This document shows positions 18,375 through 27,073 of a stretch of DNA of 64,000 nucleotides, in pieces. The DNA is taken from positions 124,001 to 188,000 of the IMG/VR virus record IMGVR_UViG_3300017987_000001; one strand, given 5' to 3'. Numbering within the stretch: the stretch's first letter is position 1; each line of letters begins with the position of its first letter. A program made the translations under genes and the position numbers. The notes beneath the pieces were generated by a model, which worked only from the letters and a program-made list of their open reading frames with translations, searched no databases and was not told the DNA's origin.

Positions 18375-19831
18375 CAGATCTCCACCCCTCCTGCGGTCAT
18401 CGGAAGAATCTTGTTGTGCGCGTCGTCGGGCTGCGTCTCACCCTCTGCCTCGCGCTCCTGCGGCTGATTCTTCTTCGCACGGCGTTCAGCCTGCCGCGTG
18501 AGCCGCTTGTAGAGCGCCATGCGCTCAACGTGCCGCAGCTCTTCCGGATCAAGCGTAGGCTCCCGAGAGAGCGAGTATGCGGCGGTCGAAGCACCGGCAC
18601 CTAGGAGCGGAATGCCTGCAGTGGGGATGAGAAACGTGAGTATGGCGAGGTTCTTCGCCAATCCCCCTCCCTGCCGGATGATCTCCGCGAGTGCACTCGT
18701 TTGCGCCGCCTTCTCCAGCGCGCCATCGAGTTCGCTCGGCCGGATACCCGCCTCGGCGAACTTCTCGTAGAAGCCGTACTTGAACGCATTCTTCTTCAGC
18801 TTCTCGACGTCACGATCCTTGCGCTCCTTGTTCTCCGTGTGCTTCTTCGTTCCTTCGCCGACCGCCTCGATCTTCCCCTCGTCGACAGCGTCTTCCATAC
18901 CCTTTTCGAGATCGTCGAGTCGCGGCTCGTAGTAATCGTCTCCCTCTGTGAGGTGATCTTTCGCAATCTCCTGTGCCACTGCCGGATTGCTCGTGTGCTC
19001 AAGCTCTACTTCGGTGCCCTTCTCGATCTGAGCCTTCGGGAACATCGACGTGGGCATACCGGCGGCGAGTCCGCCGGGAATCACGTCGTCCTTGCCACCA
19101 ACGAGCTTGGCGAGGAGGCGATAGATCTCCTCCTCCGCCTCATGCTCGTCGACGCCGAGTGACTCTGCTTGCTGGTGGAAGCCCTCGTCGTCGATACCCT
19201 GTCCCATCTGCGTGATGTAGTTCACGAGCTGCTGTAGGATCTCGGGCGGCAGCGACTCTTCAGCCTCGTGCTCGGGCGATTCGATCTCGCCTTCCTCGTG
19301 CTCTTCGCTTTCATCCCCGTTGGCACTCTTCACGACGTACTCGACGAAGCTCTGCATCTTCGGCATGCCGCTGATGCCCTGCAGCGCCTGTGCGAGCGAC
19401 GGAGCTGGCTGCGACGGCCCATTGAGGCCAAGCAGATTGCTGGGCGCTTCGGGCGTGCCGGGAGCGGCCGGTCCCATAGCCGACGGGTTGCCGCCCTCTT
19501 CGACGACCTTCTCCTCAGGCGTGCGGTGAAGCCCGGGGTAGCGCAGCTCTTCGATCATGCGCCGCCGACGATCGGCCTTCTCGGCCTCGTTCTTCTGAGC
19601 AATAGCCTGCAGAAGCGGAGCTTTCTCCATAACCGTGCGGAAGTCCTGCCCCTTCAGCGCTTCGAGCGCGTCGATGCCGATGCCCTTCTGATCGAGCTTC
19701 CTCATGCGCTCGGTCATCGTAGGCGTGGGCATGCCGCTCATCGGCTGGACGCCGGGTAGCCCCGGCATACCTGCGCCGATGTTCGCCTGCTTGAGGTGAT
19801 TTTTGAACGCGTCCAACAATCTCTGGGGCAT
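18374..19831 (-). CDS. Acidic putative virion protein with DUF5661-like segment and C-terminal TM
   Basis: KGTEVELEHTSNPAVAQEIAKDHLTEGDDYY resembles DUF5661; KQAN, KSAN, KNAF, KAAQ motifs. Confidence 0.7.
   Translation of the reverse strand: MPQRLLDAFKNHLKQANIGAGMPGLPGVQPMSGMPTPTMTERMRKLDQKGIGIDALEALKGQDFRTVMEKAPLLQAIAQKNEAEKADRRRRMIEELRYPGLHRTPEEKVVEEGGNPSAMGPAAPGTPEAPSNLLGLNGPSQPAPSLAQALQGISGMPKMQSFVEYVVKSANGDESEEHEEGEIESPEHEAEESLPPEILQQLVNYITQMGQGIDDEGFHQQAESLGVDEHEAEEEIYRLLAKLVGGKDDVIPGGLAAGMPTSMFPKAQIEKGTEVELEHTSNPAVAQEIAKDHLTEGDDYYEPRLDDLEKGMEDAVDEGKIEAVGEGTKKHTENKERKDRDVEKLKKNAFKYGFYEKFAEAGIRPSELDGALEKAAQTSALAEIIRQGGGLAKNLAILTFLIPTAGIPLLGAGASTAAYSLSREPTLDPEELRHVERMALYKRLTRQAERRAKKNQPQEREAEGETQPDDAHNKILPMTAGGVEI
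19799..19820. promoter_or_regulatory. 22 bp palindrome copy 2 (ATTTTTGAACGCGTCCAACAAT)
   Basis: Consensus match; intragenic. Confidence 0.7.
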
Positions 19832-19842
19832 GGGGCTGCTCC

Positions 19843-21816
19843 CTATCGCATGAATGGGCTACCGGGGGACTGCGCTGCGGGCGCTCCCCGGAAGTAGCCC
19901 ATGATACTCGAAATCGTGTCGAGAATGTTGCCCGTATCTCGGATTGACTGCGGCTTCGTGCCGAGCAGCATACTCAGCAGATTCTCTCTGAGACCGAACG
20001 GCTTCGCGGGCGCCGGGCCGCCCATCCAATGCGGCTTCGCCGGAGAGCCGCCGCCCATCCACGCAGGCTTCTGTGGTCCGCCACCGCCGAGCAGCCCACC
20101 AAGGAACGCCTGCTTCAGCAGCCCAGCCGATTCGTGGACCTTGTCCCAATCGACCGAAGCTGCATGCTCGAAAATGGATTGTAGTATCGTGATCTTCCCG
20201 GTCTTGGGGTTCATGTAGATGTCCCCAGCCTCTGGGTTCTCTGGGTCAAGCGGTCCCAATCGAATCGAATCTTCTTCATCGTCATCAAAGCGATGCGCTC
20301 CTGCATCGACTGCGCGTTGATCTTCTTTCCACTGCTCTTCATCCTCGTCGGGTTCCTTCTTAGAGAATGGCCAGAGCGCTTCCTTCAACAGGATGCCTGC
20401 GTAGTCGGATGCTTTCCTCATGTCTGGATAGTCCTCGTGAATGGAGATCAGTCCGGGCGCGCGGTACGCCCCACTCGGGAACTGACCCTGTGCCTTGATC
20501 CGAGCAATCCGACCAAGGAACTCCTCCGGGTTCTTCAGCATTGCCCGCCGAAGATCCTCGGAGAATCCCGTTCCTACTTTACCAACTGCGGGGCCGTCAG
20601 GCGAGAGCGAATACTCGAAGCCGCCCGCTCCGACGCCCTCCAACCGCTTCTCGCCGGGGAAGATGTCCTTCACGAACACGTCGTGCTCGTCGTACAGCTT
20701 GACCTTCGCGGGCTTGCCGCCCTTCTTCGGCCACGCTACAATGCCCTCATGAGTAAGCGGATCACGCCCACCCTTGACATCCTCCCACAGAGCACGCTGT
20801 TCTTCCGGGGTCTCGGCCATTCGTGGGAGATGGAACTTGCCTTCAGGCAGATGCTTGAGGATTTCGCGGACCTTATCAAGGCGCTCGGCAATCGGGACGT
20901 CCATGCCGATGGGCTTCTTGCCGTACTTCAGGATATTGAAGATTGCATTGCGGAGCTGAACGCCCTGCTCGCGCTGCTTCTTCAGCGATTTGCGCGTCGA
21001 GGAGTTAAGAATCCCACCCAGTTCTTGGGGAGGGATGGCACGATCATCACGCGTACCGTAGAGTTCCCCACGGAGAATTGATCCCACGAGATGCTTGGGG
21101 ATGTTGAGGCCAGTAGTTCCTCCAACTCGGTAGGTGTGGACAATAGGTCGGCCAGTCGTTGTCGGCCGGTATGAGAGAACATCGATCTTATCCGAGAATA
21201 GCTTGTAGAGGGCTGCTGCTCCATCGATCTTCTCCATGTGGAGGTACTTCTCGTCGAAGAGCTTCTCCACGTCCTCGGCCGGAACCTTGGCGTACCGAAC
21301 CTTCTTGTGCTTGATGACCTCCGTGGGCGTCGTGTTGATCATCAGCCACGAGCCGCCCTGCGTCTTCTTCGTACGCGGCGAGCCGCCGGTGGGCGGTCCG
21401 CTCTTGCGTATCATCGTGTACATCTCTGGGTGCTTCTTGTGCGTGACCACGAAGTTGATCTTGTTCGGCTCGACCTTCGTGACCAGCACCGTGCCTTTGT
21501 CGTGCGTCTTCACCAGCCCCTTGCCGTAGCCCGACGTTATTTCGCCCTCGAAATTCGCGTAGGCTCCGGTGTGAAGCGGTTGTTGGAATGCTAAAACTTT
21601 CTGCCCCGACTCCTCGGGGAGTTTGCGTGATGCCCAACTGAGAAGTGATGGCTTGCCGCCTAGGTTTGGTCCGAACCGAATATCGTAGTGCGGCCCAGCT
21701 CGGTCAGCTAGGTGGCGCTGGATCACATACAGAAGCTCACGGCCCTTCGGGAGATCCGTAACGCTCCCGAAGCGCCGTGGGTCTGGTAGGCCCGGCGCGA
21801 ACTCAGTCTTGGCCAC
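19843..21816 (-). CDS. LigD-type 3'-phosphoesterase domain fused to ATP-dependent DNA ligase, plus KxA-bounded tail
   Basis: PE motifs IQRH...HYDIRF, H..YANFEG...GYGKG. Ligase motifs EKIDG, GELY, EGIV, KVK and OB-fold GKVGTGF. Confidence 0.88.
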   Translation of the reverse strand: MAKTEFAPGLPDPRRFGSVTDLPKGRELLYVIQRHLADRAGPHYDIRFGPNLGGKPSLLSWASRKLPEESGQKVLAFQQPLHTGAYANFEGEITSGYGKGLVKTHDKGTVLVTKVEPNKINFVVTHKKHPEMYTMIRKSGPPTGGSPRTKKTQGGSWLMINTTPTEVIKHKKVRYAKVPAEDVEKLFDEKYLHMEKIDGAAALYKLFSDKIDVLSYRPTTTGRPIVHTYRVGGTTGLNIPKHLVGSILRGELYGTRDDRAIPPQELGGILNSSTRKSLKKQREQGVQLRNAIFNILKYGKKPIGMDVPIAERLDKVREILKHLPEGKFHLPRMAETPEEQRALWEDVKGGRDPLTHEGIVAWPKKGGKPAKVKLYDEHDVFVKDIFPGEKRLEGVGAGGFEYSLSPDGPAVGKVGTGFSEDLRRAMLKNPEEFLGRIARIKAQGQFPSGAYRAPGLISIHEDYPDMRKASDYAGILLKEALWPFSKKEPDEDEEQWKEDQRAVDAGAHRFDDDEEDSIRLGPLDPENPEAGDIYMNPKTGKITILQSIFEHAASVDWDKVHESAGLLKQAFLGGLLGGGGPQKPAWMGGGSPAKPHWMGGPAPAKPFGLRENLLSMLLGTKPQSIRDTGNILDTISSIMGYFRGAPAAQSPGSPFMR

Positions 21817-21842
21817 TGCAGGCTCCTGTCAAAGCCCGTGCA

Positions 21843-22412
21843 TTATAGACGAGTGCCGCGAATCAGGCAATATACATCGCGGTTCTTGTCGACGTGGTCG
21901 ATGTCGCTCCAGATGGGGTTGCCTATCCCGAGATCGGACAGGAATGACTCCTCTCGGGCCACGGACTCCTTGTTCATCGTGACGATCGTACCTCCGACAG
22001 CCGTCACGCGCGCCAGCTCTCGTGAGACGGTCTCCCGGTCCTTCGCCGCATTGATGCTCTGCATCGTCATGATGTCGACCACGAGATCGAACGTGCCGTC
22101 GTCGAAGGGCAGCTGGAATGTGTTCAGCGTGACGGGCGTCACGGTCTTGCGGTTGTTGGCCGCTCTGCCCACCCAATCGCCGAAGAGATCCGCTGCCCAC
22201 ACGTGCCCGCACTTCGATGCGATCTGCTGCGTGAACCGCCCGTAGCCACAACCGAAGTCGAGACCGTGCGTGTAGAAGCCCGTGAGCACCTTCGTCAGCT
22301 CGGCCCCAATGATGGTGCCCTGCCGCACGTGATCCTCACCCACGTGGCCCACGCACTTGTCGCCGAAGCGCTTCTTGCGATCGGTCCAGTATTTCAGCGT
22401 GTCGGAGAACAT
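21843..22412 (-). CDS. Class I SAM-dependent methyltransferase
   Basis: GLDFGCGYG motif I; FDLVV motif. Confidence 0.85.
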   Translation of the reverse strand: MFSDTLKYWTDRKKRFGDKCVGHVGEDHVRQGTIIGAELTKVLTGFYTHGLDFGCGYGRFTQQIASKCGHVWAADLFGDWVGRAANNRKTVTPVTLNTFQLPFDDGTFDLVVDIMTMQSINAAKDRETVSRELARVTAVGGTIVTMNKESVAREESFLSDLGIGNPIWSDIDHVDKNRDVYCLIRGTRL

Positions 22413-22413
22413 G

Positions 22414-23343
22414 TTAGTCCTCGGAGATCGTAGGATATACGTACCACTGAATGGTCTTGTGCAGCCCTTCGAGCAACTTCATCTTCGGCTCGAACTTGAG
22501 TGCTTCGCGCATCTTCGTCACGTCGAGCACCTTGCGCGCCGCGCCGTTGGGCTTCTCCGTATCCCAGACGACCTCGCCCTTGTATCCGGTCAGCTTGACG
22601 ATCTTCTCCGTCAGTTCCTTGACCGTCGTGCCGATACCGGTGCCGATGTTGATCGTACCCATCGCCAGCTTCTCGTAGGCGAGGAAGATGGCATCGGCAG
22701 CGTCGTCGACGTACATGAACTCACGGATCGGGCTTCCATCTCCCCAGCACTTCACACTGGGCTTGTCCTCCTGTACGGCTTCAATGAAGCGCGCGATGAG
22801 CGCACCGACGACATGCGAGCGGTAGATCGTGAAGTCGTCGTGCGGGCCGTAGAGATTCGTGAGGATGGCCTGCCCGCCCATGATGCCGTGCTGCTTGCGA
22901 TACTGCCGCTGGCAGACCAGATGGATGCGCTTGGTCATGCCATAACCCTCGACGGACTCATGGCACGGCCCAGCTTCGAGATTCTCCTCGACGAGGTCTT
23001 CCCCCACGTCGCCCGGGTAGGCGCACGCTGAGCCGACAGAGAAGACCTTCTTGATCTTCATGCGCGCGGCAGCCTCCCACACGTTCAGCGCCATGATCGA
23101 GTTGATGTGGAACATATCGGCAGGCTGGTACATGTTGATGCCGATGCCGCCGTAATAGGCTGCCGAGTGAAGGATACCGTCGACGTGCTCGTGCCGCTGC
23201 AGGTAGCGGCAGACACTGTTGAGGTCCATCAGATCCATCTCGGTCGAACGCGGCGCAAGAACCTCGATGTGCTTCTCCTGTCTGAAGCGACGCACGAGCT
23301 TCTGTCCCAGAAAGCCTGACCCGCCAGTGATCAGAATAACCAT
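22414..23343 (-). CDS. fcl: GDP-L-fucose synthase-like epimerase/reductase (extended SDR)
   Basis: TGGSGFLG, SACAYP, YGMTK, NLYGPHD, WGDGSPIREFMYVDD, KPNGAARKVLD. Confidence 0.85.
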   Translation of the reverse strand: MVILITGGSGFLGQKLVRRFRQEKHIEVLAPRSTEMDLMDLNSVCRYLQRHEHVDGILHSAAYYGGIGINMYQPADMFHINSIMALNVWEAAARMKIKKVFSVGSACAYPGDVGEDLVEENLEAGPCHESVEGYGMTKRIHLVCQRQYRKQHGIMGGQAILTNLYGPHDDFTIYRSHVVGALIARFIEAVQEDKPSVKCWGDGSPIREFMYVDDAADAIFLAYEKLAMGTINIGTGIGTTVKELTEKIVKLTGYKGEVVWDTEKPNGAARKVLDVTKMREALKFEPKMKLLEGLHKTIQWYVYPTISED

Positions 23344-23987
23344 CAGTTCCTCCTCGTGAAGATCGCATCACCCCAGAAGTCGGGGGTCGACCCCGGCTGG
23401 AAGTGACGCAGTGTGAATCCCTGCTCGTTCATGTACTTCTCGATCTCGGGCAGCAGCTTCGTGCCTTTGTACAGCGGCTTGAGCCACGCCTCACAGATGA
23501 CCAGCTTGCAGTTCTCCAGCGTCTTGAGCGCTCCAAGCAGCACCTCGTAGTCGTGTCCCTGCACGTCCGTGACCATGACGTCGATAGGCGGCAAATTCAG
23601 CATGTCGATCGCCACTACTGCCACAGGGATCGTCGTATGGGTGCGTATCGACCGAAATCGCTTCTTCGCTATGTCCTTGTCCAGCGGGTGAAGCGACGAG
23701 CATTCGAGCGGGACCGTCGAGTACCACGGCCGAACGCCTGCCCGATCCGACACGATCTTCTGCAGGCATACGACATCCGGGTACTTCTCGCCGATCACCT
23801 CGGCGTTCGACGAGTCGCCCTCGACGCACACGATCTTCGCGTTCCACTGACGGTACGCTTCGATCTCCTGCCCGATACCAGCGCCTACGTGAAGAATCGT
23901 AGGTTCGTCTTCCGGCTGGATCTCTGCCAGCCGCATCCCGATGTCGATCAACGCTGGCACAACTTCCCTTCGATCAGATAGTGCCAT
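23343..23987 (-). CDS. FkbM-family methyltransferase
   Basis: LHVGAGIG, VCVEG, DVMVTDVQGHDYEVLLG, WGDAIF; start uncertain. Confidence 0.85.
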   Translation of the reverse strand: MALSDRREVVPALIDIGMRLAEIQPEDEPTILHVGAGIGQEIEAYRQWNAKIVCVEGDSSNAEVIGEKYPDVVCLQKIVSDRAGVRPWYSTVPLECSSLHPLDKDIAKKRFRSIRTHTTIPVAVVAIDMLNLPPIDVMVTDVQGHDYEVLLGALKTLENCKLVICEAWLKPLYKGTKLLPEIEKYMNEQGFTLRHFQPGSTPDFWGDAIFTRRN

Positions 23988-24736
23988 CCGAAGAGCCTTT
24001 CGAGTGCACGGAACAGGTGATGAGGCATCCACCGCCATGGCAATGCCTGCCTGTACTCGTGCCGGACGTACTCCGGGATGCTCCACGAGAAGATATGTTC
24101 CTTGCGTGCGCTCGTCAGCTCGAAGTGCGGTTCGAGCAGCTTGCGTACCCCGCGCTTCGTGTAGGTGTACGCTACAGGAACGCCGGGCTGGGCCTCGCAC
24201 GTTACGCTGCTGATGAGCATCTGCAGCGACTTGATCGAGTACTTGGCGTACAGCATGAGCTTCAGCACGGTGTCAGGACCGGCGAAGTTCGCCAGCTCCT
24301 GCATCGCACGATCCGGACTCGGCGTGTGGTGAATCACTCCGAACGAGTAGATGAGATCGTACGGATACGGATCGACGGTCCGGCTCAGCTCCTCGCAGTT
24401 CGCCTGCTTGAGCACCACACGATCCTCAAGACCGTACGCCTTCACGCGCTTCTCGGTGAGTTTCAGGCTCTCCGTGGAGAGATCGACGGCAGTCACGTAT
24501 GCACCGGCTCGCGCGAAGCTGACGGTGTCAGTGCCAATGCCGCAGCCGATCTCCAGTACGTAGCGATCCTTCCATCTCGGGAATTCGGCGAACGTGGGAA
24601 TGTGCGGCTCGACGAAGTACTTGCGCTTCTCGACCTGATCGAAGTACTCACGCGTCCCGACGGGGGCCGTGCCGTGTCGGATGTTGCACGGGCGCGCGTC
24701 CCAGAACTTCTGGACCTCCTCGATGGTTGCGGTCAT
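23948..24736 (-). CDS. Class I SAM-dependent methyltransferase
   Basis: Start MTATIEE (ATGA overlap); VLEIGCGIGTD, YDLIYSFGVIHH. Confidence 0.88.
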   Translation of the reverse strand: MTATIEEVQKFWDARPCNIRHGTAPVGTREYFDQVEKRKYFVEPHIPTFAEFPRWKDRYVLEIGCGIGTDTVSFARAGAYVTAVDLSTESLKLTEKRVKAYGLEDRVVLKQANCEELSRTVDPYPYDLIYSFGVIHHTPSPDRAMQELANFAGPDTVLKLMLYAKYSIKSLQMLISSVTCEAQPGVPVAYTYTKRGVRKLLEPHFELTSARKEHIFSWSIPEYVRHEYRQALPWRWMPHHLFRALERLFGWHYLIEGKLCQR

Positions 24737-25512
24737 ACGAACTTCCACCTTCCGCCTGTCGCCCCAGCCTTCTGCTTGCTGGGCTTGTAGATGCCCATGT
24801 TGTGCTTCACGGCCGGATGCTCGTAGATCGAGCGCTTTACCTTCGCACCGAGCTGACGATACGTGTGAGCGGGGTGCAGGATCTTCGGGTTCTTCAGCGT
24901 ACAGATCGGCGTGCGCGAGCGGTTGAGCGCTACCCAATGCAGCCAGTTGTCCCACGCCGCCGCACCCATCACGTAGTCGGGCATGTACTCCAGCATCTGG
25001 AGCGCGAACTTCTTGGTGAATGCGAAGTAGTCACTGCCGCCCGTGCGGTGCGCCTTGATGTCCTTACGCTGCCACAGCGCCTTGTAGCTCGGCTCGTCTA
25101 CGGCTGGCCTATCGAGGTTGATGTCGTAGCGAATACCAACGACGAACGGATTGGGGTTCTTGAACAGCAGCGATCCGAGCTTCGGGTGGAACTTCGGGCA
25201 TACGATGATGTCGGAGTTGATGAGGCACATGTACTGCGTCGTCGTGTGCTCCGCAGCGACAGCGATCAGCGAGCGCAGCATCGGATGCGTGGTTTCCAGC
25301 CCCTGATCGCACGCGAGCTTGACCTCGGGGATGTACTTGAAGCCGTGCTTCTCGCAGAACTCCTTCACGCCCTTATCGCGGCCGAGCGCGAGAATCGGGT
25401 TCGTATCCATCTTCTCGCGCTTCCACGAGTAGACGGCACTGCGCTGACCAATGTCGTCGGTCGCATCGCCGATCTCCTTGAAGGTCGTGAAGAAGGTGAC
25501 GTTACTTTCCAT
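24733..25512 (-). CDS. Putative GT-A fold glycosyltransferase
   Basis: CLINSDII (DxD-like), SDYFAF, WDNW; cluster context. Confidence 0.55.
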   Translation of the reverse strand: MESNVTFFTTFKEIGDATDDIGQRSAVYSWKREKMDTNPILALGRDKGVKEFCEKHGFKYIPEVKLACDQGLETTHPMLRSLIAVAAEHTTTQYMCLINSDIIVCPKFHPKLGSLLFKNPNPFVVGIRYDINLDRPAVDEPSYKALWQRKDIKAHRTGGSDYFAFTKKFALQMLEYMPDYVMGAAAWDNWLHWVALNRSRTPICTLKNPKILHPAHTYRQLGAKVKRSIYEHPAVKHNMGIYKPSKQKAGATGGRWKFV

Positions 25513-26419
25513 AGACTTCCCTCAGCCTCTCGTCTGCCAGTCGAAGGTAGCGATTGTTCTGGAGATACTCCGTCAGCTGCTTGCCGAGCTTGTGGCGAGG
25601 GAGCACCTTGATGACGGTGGCGTTCGCGGCGCGAGAGCGCTTCTTCTGCGTGTCGCCGAGAACGTTGGTCTGCTCGAAGAAGAACTTCCACCCATCGGAG
25701 AACCGAATGCCGAGCTTGTTGCACAGGTTCTGCAGGAAGGCATCCGGGTCGCGACAGAAGTGCTCGTAGCGCACGATCGGGATCTTGTGCTGGATGAGCT
25801 TGTCGACGTAGACGAGATACGCCTTCGCGTACCGGTTGGCCTTACTGAACTGACGATCGGACCAGCCGTGGAATTTCGCAAAAGATAGTGCACAGTCGAC
25901 CGCGTTGCGTACATAGGCTACTGTACGCGGACCGTTCCCGAGCAGCACGTGTGTGCGAAGATCCTTGTGGGTTCGCCCACCATTGAAGTCGGTGGTATAG
26001 AAGCTGTTGATCGTCCAGTCGCGTACGACTACCGCGCGGTTCTCTCGCTCCGCCCACACGCGATCGAGATGATCGACGCAGGAGAGCCATGGCGTGCCCT
26101 TGGGGATATCGACATTGAACCAGTTGCGCGCCTGCCAGTGCGCGGAGTGAATGCCTGTGTGGATACTCGGATGAACCTCTGAGAGCACGGCATGACCCAT
26201 CGCAAGCAGGCACCTGTTCAGCACCGTAGCGCCGGTGCGCGCCCACGCGTAGATGAGCGGCACGTTGACACGAATATGCGGTTCGGGAGCCTTGAGAACG
26301 GTAGGCGCTCTCGGCTTGGCCTTTCGCCTGCGCTCGTCGAGCGCACGCTGCCGCGCCCGCGAAATTGCGGCTGCGCGGGGATTCTGGTTTGCTCTATCGC
26401 CTTTGTATGCCCGGCTCAT
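25502..26419 (-). CDS. Sulfotransferase-family protein
   Basis: ARTGAT (5'-PSB-like), VRNAVDCALS (3'-PB-like), IVRYEHFCRDP...LGI. Confidence 0.75.
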   Translation of the reverse strand: MSRAYKGDRANQNPRAAAISRARQRALDERRRKAKPRAPTVLKAPEPHIRVNVPLIYAWARTGATVLNRCLLAMGHAVLSEVHPSIHTGIHSAHWQARNWFNVDIPKGTPWLSCVDHLDRVWAERENRAVVVRDWTINSFYTTDFNGGRTHKDLRTHVLLGNGPRTVAYVRNAVDCALSFAKFHGWSDRQFSKANRYAKAYLVYVDKLIQHKIPIVRYEHFCRDPDAFLQNLCNKLGIRFSDGWKFFFEQTNVLGDTQKKRSRAANATVIKVLPRHKLGKQLTEYLQNNRYLRLADERLREVYGK

Positions 26420-26422
26420 GAC

Positions 26423-27073
26423 TCACCGCTTCAGAAGGTAGTTCTCGCCGTCGTAGACCTCGGGGTCAGAATAGCCACGTGCGGCCAACCACTTCAGCGC
26501 ATCCTCGGCACTCTGGCCCCGCTTCCCCAACGCATGATTCAGCTCGACCATGACGTAGGGATTGAGATGCTCCAGTGTCGACTCGGCGCCCTGCAGCACC
26601 TCAAAGTCATATGAATCCACATCGATCTTGATTGCATCAACGTGATGGAGATTCTCGCGATCAATGAAGTCGTCGATCGTGACGAACGTATACTCTTGGA
26701 ACTCGGGCGCCTGTCCCCAGACCTTGAAGATGCCATCCTCGATCTTGCCGCTCTTCGCACCCATCGCGCAGCGCCAGCAGTCGACATTGTCGCCGCACTG
26801 ATCCTTCGTCTGATTGTGCTTCACGTTCTCCATGAGCATAGCGAACGTCTCGGTCGGCTCGATGGCCAGCACGTGACCCTTCGGTGCGAGCTGGGAGAAG
26901 AGGAGCGTGTAGTAGCCGATGTTCGCACCCACATCGATGATGGTCCAGTCTTCCTTCACGTGCTGGACGAACCACTTCTTCGTCTGCATCTCGCAGTTCG
27001 GGTAATAGTTCGCGAACTGTGGATAGAATGCGATCAGCTCGATGGGGTCTCTGCCGGGAATGTTCGTGTGCAT
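26423..27073 (-). CDS. FkbM-family methyltransferase
   Basis: Start MHTNIP (TAATG overlap); IIDVGANIGYY, AIEP, IKIDVDSYDFEVLQG. Confidence 0.9.
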   Translation of the reverse strand: MHTNIPGRDPIELIAFYPQFANYYPNCEMQTKKWFVQHVKEDWTIIDVGANIGYYTLLFSQLAPKGHVLAIEPTETFAMLMENVKHNQTKDQCGDNVDCWRCAMGAKSGKIEDGIFKVWGQAPEFQEYTFVTIDDFIDRENLHHVDAIKIDVDSYDFEVLQGAESTLEHLNPYVMVELNHALGKRGQSAEDALKWLAARGYSDPEVYDGENYLLKR

